Assembly (NCBI GenBank): GCA_001179505.1
Contig: CDMY01000734.1
Span: 1-26,177, forward strand
Direction: 5' to 3'
From: Vitrella brassicaformis CCMP3155
Lineage: Eukaryota; Protista; Chromerida
DNA length: 26,177 nucleotides
In this document: piece by piece, positions 1 through 9,300 of the stretch
How positions within the stretch are numbered: position 1 is the stretch's first letter
How the letters are laid out: every line of letters starts with the position of its first letter
Position numbers and translations under genes: made by a program
Notes under the pieces: model-generated
Seen by the model: only the letters and a program-made list of their open reading frames with translations
What the model was told of the DNA's origin: nothing
Database searches by the model: none

Positions 1-131
1 GAGGCTCAGACGATCACTCCTCTGAGCGCCGAGTGCATGCCGTATGGGTCGCACTCCACATTCTCCTCTAATCTTCCAACGAACAACGACTCAGAGGATT
101 CATTCCAATCGCAAGCTTAGCTCGCAAAAAG

Positions 132-171
132 GTTTAGGGTTAGGGTGTGAGGTTACGAGCCCCTAGGGTTT
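132..171 (+). repeat. Short telomere-like (TTTAGGG/TTAGGG) motif cluster, telo-box-like, upstream of the XRN gene
   Basis: GTTTAGGGTTAGGG at 132-145 and CTAGGGTTT at 163-171. Further partial copies are CCCTAAC at 284-290 and CTAGGG at 318-323. Confidence 0.6.
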
Positions 172-392
172 GAAAAGTTATGAGCTCGGAACTACTAGTT
201 CTTTTTCTTCCCGAAACTCTACCATCTCACGTCGAGATGTATTGTGTCCTACGCCGACGGCTTCCGGTTAACGGCGCTGTCGGCCCTAACTCATTAGGCC
301 GCGGGCGGCATTGGGACTAGGGCGGTGATGCCATCGATTCGAACGGGATCTGTGTGCATGAGCATGGTCGCGTCGAAAGCTGACGAGAGGCG

Positions 393-1195
393 ATGATGTG
401 GATCATGGTGAAACTTGTGCTGGCGCTGCTGGTGGTGGACGGGCTGGTGTGGATGGCCACAGCGGGCATCGCTGGTTTCCACAAGTTCTTCGAGGCCACT
501 TTCAAGGCGAGCCGATCGATCAGTGCACTGAGTGCATGAACCACACAACGGAAGGCACCTGTCCTGCTTGATATATCGAGGACAGACAGACAGACAGATG
601 GACAGACAGAATCATCTTATGGGATTTATTGGCGTGTCGATCTTGTGTCACGTCTGTCTGTCTGTCTGTGTGCTTGCAGGAGGCCGTCAACGAGGACCCG
701 ACGACGCTCGCCCCCTGCAGCCATCTGTGCATTGACCTGAACCAGCTGCTGCACCAGGCACGTGCACCACAACCATCTGACAGAGCAGTCTATGCATGCC
801 ACGATAAAGCACAATCGACTCTTCCCTCCATCCCTCCCTCCCTCCCTGCATGTGTGTCGGCTCGGCTCGGCAGGCGATGACAGGCAAGGGTGCGAGCGTC
901 TCTCGTGGGCTGCGGTTTCGCTTACGGCGGCTGCTGGGCCAATTCAGACCGACGCGCAGGCAAAGCAATGCGTGGATACAGAGAGCGATGGATGGATGGA
1001 TGGCGGGATGGTCATGCCATGCGACGACAGACAGACAGACAGACCAGTGGGTGTATCGTACGTGTGGCGTGTGCAGTGTGGTGATAGCGATCGATGGCTC
1101 CGCACCCCTGGCCAAGTTGATCACACAGAGGAAGAGGCGACTCGCACCGTTGCCAACAGACAAAAAGAAGAGGTACACACACACACAGAGACACA

Positions 1196-1231
<36 letters not shown>

Positions 1232-4200
1232 CAGACAGACGCACAGACGTACCTGCGAGTGCGTCGACGTGCGTGTGTCCATTGATTGATTGCATATATT
1301 GTGCAGGGCGAAGACATTGGAGAAGTTAGCGCTCTCCCCTGGCACCCGTGTGATGGACGAGATGGACAAGACGGTCGCCGCCATCGCACTCGAGTGCATG
1401 AAGCGACAAATGGACAAAGGAAGGAGGCCATCCACGTGAGTGAGTGATGTGAGCAGACAAGACACCAGCGGGGGGGGGGGGCGGGGGCACCACACTCGTG
1501 TAGTGTATGTATGTCTGTAACAGTCAGTGTGGGGTCGTATCGTGTTGTGTGCTGTGCACTGCACTGCACGTGTGTGTGTGTAGATTCTATATCTCGGGGT
1601 CTCGGTCGCCCGGTGAGGGCGAGCTCAAGATATTCGACTGGCTCATGACGGGCATGGCCACACACACACAGCAGAACACCCGGATTTGCATCGTGGGCGG
1701 CGATGCCGACCTCCTCCTGCAGGCACGTACTGTCTGTCTGTACTCATCCAATCCACCCAAGTCACCCCCGCCGACATGTGTCTGTCTGTGCAGGCGATGG
1801 CTCTTCCGGAGGTCCTCGATATTCACGTGCTCGTACCCACAATGCGCAGCAAGCCCCACCCCAAGACGCAGAAGAAGAAGCAAGTACGGACTGTGTTGAC
1901 ACATATGACTGTCACCCACGTCACGGATACACACACGCTCGTCTGGCCTGTCTGTCCGGATGGAATGGCATGGCCTGGTGGCAGGCCTCAGCGGCTGTCC
2001 CCCCCGGCGAGGTGGTGCCATTCCGTGCCTATTCTTTGCGGAAGCTGTGCGAGGTGCTCAAGTGGTACAGCATCGACGTGGACAAGTGGGCGGCCCGGCT
2101 GGACTTCATCCTGTTGATGATCCTCAATGGCAACGACTACGTGCCGCGGCTGCCTGGGGTGGGATTCGACAACCTGCTCGAGGCATACAAACAGGCAAGC
2201 GCTTACCCACCCCACACACGAGGCACACGAGATCTGTCCAGGCGTGTGTGCTCTGTCTGTGTTGTGCTGTGTGTGTTGCAGCTGAAGCGTCGTAAGGCGT
2301 TCGCGGACAGGACCATTGTGCAGATCGACGTCAGAGATGGCGGCAGTGGCAATGGGGAAGGGGATGGCGGTGTGCGCGTGTCGTTCGACCCGGAAATGTT
2401 GTGTGCTCTCATCGACGAGCTGCACCGGTGCTGGGAGTTCGTCGTCTCCCTCGAGGCACTTCACAGAGTCATCTGGCGGCAATGGCAGGTCGGTCGCTGG
2501 GGTGGGGTGGGCGCACAGCAACCACACATGTGATGTGTGTCGTCACTCACTCTGTGGCTGTGTGGCTGGCTGTGTGTGCAGGAGACGGACAGTTTGACAG
2601 GTGAGGAGAAGCGCCTCTCGGCTGCCGCTCCTGCCGGCATCCTCAACGACTGCATCCAACAGAAACGCCTACACGCCGTCCAGGTCAGGGAGACAGGGCA
2701 GCTCGGGTGCAGTGCGTGTGGACAATCGTCTTCTCTCGTGCGCCTTGTGTCTGTCTGCCACACAGGTGGACTTCGAGTCGGCCCCAGAAGGGCATAAGGC
2801 CGTTCTGACGGTGCAGGTCAAGGCGGACGAGGCCTTACAGCGGTGGGAGGCCACTGCCGCAGACAAGGCCACCGCCAAGAGGGAGTGCATCGGCAAGGTA
2901 TGACATCAGGCACACCACAGATGGACAACGCTCAACTATGGCAATACACAGCCTGTTGTGTCCTATGCTGTGCAGTTTCTGCTGGCGACATTTCCCCAGG
3001 ACCGTCGTGTGGCCACAGACATGGTGGCCCACCTGGAGATGCAGCGCAGGAGAAGCCAGCAACGAGCCAACGCTGAGCAAGCAGAGGAGGAGCAGCAGAC
3101 CTCAGCTATCGACCAGACGGCGGTCAGTTGGTGACACAGACAGACAGACAGACAGAGAGGCGGCCTAACACATTTCTCTCTCTGTGTGTGCACAGGAGCA
3201 TGAGACACTGCTGTTGCTGCAGTCCTTAGAGACCGATGAGGAGAAACGTGCCGTCGGCAACCCCTCAGCCGTACTCAACCTGCTCAAAATGGTGTGGTGT
3301 GTGCCTACCTGCCCACCTGTGTTCCCACTCACAAACAACCGAGTCTGTGTGTGTGTGTGTGTGTGCAGAAGAAGGTGTTCGGATCGTCTGCCTTCATGTT
3401 GGATGAGGAGAGGGCCAGTGTGCCGGGCGGATACATCCGCAACGCCACACTCGCCGTCCAACATGGTGGTTGTGGTGGCGGTGACAGTGGACCACCCGAG
3501 GAGGGAGCACTGCTGTCCTCCCACCATTTCCAGGGCCGGTCGGCGGCCAGCATCAAGCAGGCCAAGGCGTCCGCCGTCATGCACGTGAGTGCGTCAGCGA
3601 GAGAGAGACACAGACAGACACCCACGAATCAATCGGCTCAGCTGTGTGTGGTGCCTGCCAGGCTTTGGAGGAGCTGTCGCCTCCTCTGTGTCGCCAACTG
3701 GCCCGGTTTGGGTGGCAGCTGGACGGATCGTGCACACCGGGCAACGTGACAGAGCCTACTGCCGTGAAGGCTTCACCGAGTGCTCCTACCGTGCCGCCCC
3801 CCTCTGTGTCATCTTCCCGCCCCCCGCCCGTCGAGACCATGTTTCCTGCTGTCGATGACTACCTAGAAGGTAAGCTGCGGTGCGCATGGCATGGCTGCAC
3901 AGGGACTCGCATCTCATGTGCTTCGTCTTTTTGTGTCGACTGACTGCCACCGTGTCTGCAGCCATTCGTTGGTGTGTGGCTATGTATGCCGAGGCGCGCT
4001 GCAGCGACTGGTGTGTGCGGTACACGGCCGCCCTGGGCAACGCCACAGGCACACGAGCACCCACCCCATACGCAATACGAGAAAGACTCAAAGGTGGCCC
4101 ACAGCCACAGCAAGCGGTGGCTGGCAGCACGATGGGCCCCCTCCCCTCTGAGTTGGCCGCTCTGGCCGTCCTCCCTGTGCAGGGCGGCCTCCATCTGCTC

Positions 4201-5258
4201 GAGCCGTGGCTGCAGCAGGTCTGCATCTCACGCTCCCTGCTCTCGCGGCCGGCAGAGGCACCCCGAGCTATGCCAGTTGCGCCAACGGATGTGGTGGGCA
4301 GCGACAGCCGACCTGAGACCACCGACGTTGATGGCTATGAGAGTGAGGGCGAAGAGGATGAGGAGGAGTGTTTTGACGAGGTGGAGGAGATGTCTGTGGA
4401 CCAGCTGCCCAGCGAGGGGCTGCAGGTGTCACTCCTGGACATGGCCGTCGGACCCCAATACGAGAACCGCGACCGTGGTAGATTAGATAGAGGCAAACAC
4501 ACACGTGTCGATGCATCTGCACCCACCCGCTGTTTGGAGTGTTTGTCGTTTGTTTGTCGGCAGTTGAGCTGCTGCAGCTGGCGATGGCCTGCAACAGCAC
4601 GTGGCTGAGCCAGAGTGTCCGCGGCAGCAGGTGGCACCGCTACAAGGCTCACAGAAGGAAAAAGGGCTACCACACCACAGGCACACCACCAGCACCAGTA
4701 GCTGAGATCGCTGTGTCCGAGATGCCTCTCTTCGCCCCACGTCCCCGCACAAAGAAGCCACAGACAGCACCGAGGCAAGGACCACCCACACCCCCATCCC
4801 CACCCCCGCAAGCACGCCTCCCCACTATCGACCCGCGTGACAGCAACACCGGTGATGATGGGGCCGCCGTGTCTGTGCCTGCCGCTGCCCCTGCACCCCC
4901 ACCCCCACCCTCTCTCCGCTTTGTGCGCAAACCCAGGAGACGTCGGAAGCTGCCCTCGCCGTCATCTGTGTCGATGATGTTACCGGCCGCTGGTGGCGAC
5001 GATGGTGCCGATGACGACGCTCAGGGGGGAGTGCCGACGTCACTGGTACTCGACTGGCGGGGCGATAAGAGGACTGTGGTGGGTGTGGGTGTGAAAGGTG
5101 TGAGTGTGCGGCCGTCCTCAACCAGGGGTCGACAAGCTATGTCGGTGTTGCGGATGTGTGGGAGGTGGGGTGCGATGGGTGGCGGGGGGCCGGTGGGGAA
5201 AGCGGGGGTGAGTGTCTTAAGTGGTGCGAGGGGAAGAGCAGGGGTCGTGTGTAGATAG
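393..5258 (+). CDS. XRN-family 5'-3' exoribonuclease with N-terminal hydrophobic leader and two inserted dsRNA-binding domains (17 exons, about 1086 aa)
   Basis: Hand-spliced exons: 393-506, 680-757, 874-959, 1077-1172, 1307-1435, 1584-1722, 1794-1883, 1985-2194, 2282-2488, 2582-2683, 2766-2897, 2976-3122, 3196-3291, 3369-3584, 3662-3869, 3962-4477, 4564-5258. They total 3261 nt and all splice phases agree. XRN motifs occur in canonical order: GIAGFHKFF (MGVPKFF), HLCIDLNQLLH (LYLDMNGIIH), RPTRSVVIAIDGSAPLAKLITQRKRR, LSPGT, SPGEGELKI, CIVGGDADL, DFILLMILNGNDYVPRLP, DYLEAIRWCVAMY...DWCVRY...APTP, LPSELAALAVLP. The last exon is low-complexity and Pro-rich, so the true 3' end is less certain. 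Confidence 0.92.
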
Positions 5259-5796
5259 ACAAGGCAGACAGACAGACAGAGAGATGAGAGGAGAGGAGGC
5301 TAGGCTGTCGTGTGTGTGTATTGTAGAATGAATGCGTTTAGCTGACGGCGCGCACGCCGTGTGGTGATTGGATTGGCATGCATGCATGACCATACATCCC
5401 GTCATCTCAAGACCATTTATCGATCGGTCGGTCGGTCGGTCGGTCACGTGTGTGCGTGCGTTGGAGCTCATTTGTGAGACAAGCAAGACATTGATTCACC
5501 ATAGCAGTCAGTGAGGGGCGGGCAGGAAGGAAAAACCACTTCGCATCCCTCGGCCCCCATCGATGGATGGCATCCATCGGCACGGCAAGGCACGCACAAG
5601 TGTCAATCTGTGCGATTCATTCCATCCATCCATCGATCCATCACTCGGCACGCCCCTCCCTCCCTGGTGAGGGCTTTCTGCCGATGACGATGGCGCCAGC
5701 CGCGGCGGCCATCCCCCGCTGGTCGATCAGGTGATGCGCCAGATGCCTAGTCGTGTCGTCACAGGCATGAACCACCTGCATCCAGCCACTCACTCA

Positions 5797-6266
5797 TCAA
5801 GCGCATGAGTGGGGCCAGGCCTTCCTCAGGGCCCTCCTTGTTTGTACCAGCAGGTCTTGCCCGAGACAGCTCCTGCCCAACACTGATAGATTGACAAACA
5901 CACACAACACCACACATGGGTGACGACGACCCACCCCCTCCCTCTTTGCTGTCTGTCTGTGTGTCTGTCTGTCTGTCTGTCCTCGTCCATCCATCCAATC
6001 CACTCACTGTATCGAATCCGTCTGAAGACGTCCCTCTCCTTCATGGGCTCGTTGACGTCCCCCACACTCTTGGCGAACCCATCCCAGTCGGCAGCCTTGG
6101 GGTCTAGTATCTTCTGCAGTGTCCCGCTCTCAAAGGGGAACAGGGGGCAGTCCACACAAGGATACTGCTGCTGCTGCTGCTGGTGGGGATGCTCGGCTGG
6201 CGGCGGGGGCGGTGGCCCCGCCATGGCGTGGGATGACAAACGGGCCAGCTGATTCGCATACCTACG

Positions 6267-6300
<34 letters not shown>

Positions 6301-9300
6301 AACATCCACCAAGAGACAGAGACCTGGGGGTGGGGGGAGTGGAGTGGCACCTACTTGATCTTGTGGTTGAGCAGGGCGACCGTGGCGTTGCGCATCATGA
6401 CAGCCAGATGGAAGGCCCTGATCGACAGCGGCCTGAAGGACATCTCGAAGTGCACCGCCGTGGCCTTGGTGGCGTCAAGGTGCAGCAGACACCGGGCCAG
6501 CACATGGGGACACGGCACACGCAGAACTATCGACTCGCGCGGCGGCGGCGCGGCCGTCGGGGAGGCCGCCTTGCTCTTCTTGTCCTTGTCCTTCTCACGC
6601 TCTATCTTTAGCAGCAGCTTCGCACCGAAGATGCGGCTCAGATTGGCGAACAGGGAGTCCCACTGGGGGCGAGAGAGCTCACGGCCATCTGGGGGTGGGG
6701 TAAATAGGGTGTGTGGGGTTTTGGGGAGAGGGAGGCACACACGGCTGATGTGATGTGTGTGTTGGCTTGGCTTACAGAATGTTCCGTCTCTGTCTTGGTC
6801 GAGCTCATATAGGTCCAGCCTGTTGGCAACCAGGGGAGGGAGCCTGCCTGTGTGTGCTGTGCATCCGTGTTTGCCTTTCTCTGGCTCGCTCGTTGGGTGG
6901 CTGACCCGTCGTCGAGCATCTCCCGTAGCCTCCCTGGTGTCAGGCCAAGCAGCCCCTTAAGATGGTCGGCATTATTTGGGGATGTCAGCAGCTCACACAC
7001 ATAGTGACGCACCGCTGCACACACACAAACACACACACACACACACACAGATCCATCCATCCATCCACCAGACGCAGCCAGGCACACACAACAGACACGT
7101 GGGTGTGCGTATGTTATGTGCGGGTGGCATGGCACACCGTACCGTCAGTGGCGGTGTGCAGGAGGTTCTGCCAGGCGGTTTGGAACAGGTACATGAAGTC
7201 GGTGCACTGCTGTGGCAGCTCCAGGGCGCGCTTGCACAGCTCCTTGTACTCGGCCCTGACGCACACACACACACACACACGTCACCTCAATCACAAAGCA
7301 GCCCCCCCCCCCCCCCCCCCCCNNNNNNNNNNNNNNNNNNNNNNNNNNNNNNNNNNNNNNNNNNNNNNNNNNNNNNNNNNNNNNNNNNNNNNNNNNNNNN
7401 NNNNNNNNNNNNNNNNNNNNNNNNNNNNNNNNNNNNNNNNNNNNNNNNNNNNNNNNNNNNNNNNNNNNNNNNNNNNNNNNNNNNNNNNNNNNNNNNNNNN
7501 NNNNNNNNNNNNNNNNNNNNNNNNNNNNNNNNNNNNNNNNNNNNNNNNNNNNNNNNNNNNNNNNNNNNNNNNNNNNNNNNNNNNNNNNNNNNNNNNNNNN
7601 NNNNNNNNNNNNNNNNNNNNNNCCCCCCCCCCCTCCCTCCCGCACCTCATTTTCTCTCTGGCGCAGTTGTGGCTGACCATCATTGCGGGGTTGTGGAGGT
7701 CGGCCGAGGTGAGGACACACGCCGCGTCGTCCTCGGCGGTGTCGAACATGCAGCCGTGCCATATCTCCACACACCGGATGGCTGCACCCAAGTGCAACTC
7801 AGCTGCATTCGATTCGCACGACCATCACACACAACCACAGAGAGAGGATGTGTGTGGATGAGGTGGTGGCGGGTGAAATGACGTGACGTACGTGGAATGG
7901 TCTTGTTCCTGCAGCTGGGCGAGAGGGCGGACGGGAAGAGCTGCAGGCAGCCATCCAGCCGGACAGGCTGACACACACACGCATGCATCCATGGGTATAC
8001 GCGCGCACATACACTCACACACACACACACCTCAGGCCCTTTGTCTCTCTGTTTCTCTGCGTGTGTGTCGGGTCAGGTACACCCCTCCATCCATCCATCC
8101 ATCTACACGCACCTGCAGCAGCACGTGTTCCGGCCCCTGCAGCATGCGATCCACAAAGTCACTGCAGAACTGAGTGTACGCCTCGCGACGGGGCGGGGGG
8201 CCAACCTGCACACACCACCCACACACAGACACAGAGACGTTGTAAGCCCCCTCCCTCCCTCCCTCTCCCTCCTTGAGTGTGCCTACCGACCTTGTTGTGT
8301 CTGGAGACCATGTAGTTGGCGACTTGTTGGAACTGCACCATCACCACCGCCCCCACATCCACACCCGTGTCGCGCAACACGCACTCACGCCAGTAGGTCG
8401 CACTCGCGTACAGGTGACGCACGTTGTCATGCTGCAGGGCAGTGACAGTGGGCAGAGTGTGTGTGGGCCTTAAGGGAAGCATACCTACCACGAACATCTG
8501 AGGTGCGTTGACAACGGCAATCATGACCACGTGGTTGTTGTGAGACCCGCCGCACCGCAGGTCCTGACCCACTGCATTCATGGAGGCATCGATCGCGTCA
8601 ACACAACCACCCACACGCACCGAAGGAGAGGAGTCTTATGGCGTACAGGCGCCCCTCTTAGCTTGGCTGTGTTGTGTCTTCTGCTCACGCGAGAATGGCC
8701 AGAGGCTTATGATTTGTGGCAGCAGCGGCGCCCGCGCGCCGCTTGTGAAGCTGTCCTGCACCGCCCGGATGACCGCCTGAACGCACACAGACACGCACAC
8801 AGGTCTTTCTTTGTTTCTTTGTGTGCATGTCATGTGTGTGCGTGTCCAATATATGCCTGCCTGTCGTGGTGCGATATGGTTGTTGTTGGAGAAGAAGAGC
8901 TCGTCCCGCGAGCCGAGCAGAAACAGCTCGCCGTCGTGCATGAACCCCACATCGTGCGTGCGATAATATGCCACTTCTACAGAAATGGGTGGATGGATGG
9001 AACAGCCATCTATCTCATTCATCTGTGTGGTGTGTGTCCCTCCCTCCCTCCCTCCCTCCCTCCCTCTCTCCCTCTCTCCCTCTCTCCCTCCCACCGACAT
9101 ACCTGCCTTTTGTCCTTTGTCATCGTCGACTTTGATGCGTGTCTGCACATATCGCTGCATGTCAATTGGGTGGAAGTAGTTGCATACCACGCTCCCCTTG
9201 AAGTAGATCTCCCCACAGACACCCGCCGGGCACACTTCCCTCGTGAAGGGGTTGACGATGCGCAGGTCGACATCGTCCGCCGGCGCCCCGTGGCTGACGA

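Noticed and set aside
131-171. True chromosome end or telomere
   Set aside because: Only two tandem units plus scattered copies are present, with complex sequence on both sides.
333-350. B-box-like GTTCGAATC on the minus strand, suggesting a tRNA or SINE
   Set aside because: The flanks do not form a 5-bp T-stem, and no acceptor stem, anticodon arm or A-box is visible.
687-1665. Long ORF-track ORFs on both strands rich in CV, TH, DRQT and SVCL runs (also at 6962-7881, 8531-9709, 17174-17863, 18499-19071)
   Set aside because: They are translations of intronic microsatellites or antisense shadows of GC-rich coding exons, with no protein motifs.
5379-5386. TGCATGCA (ApiAP2-type motif) and similar copies elsewhere
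   Set aside because: It lies in a tail-to-tail 3' interval and GCAT repeats are frequent background here, so there is no positional support.
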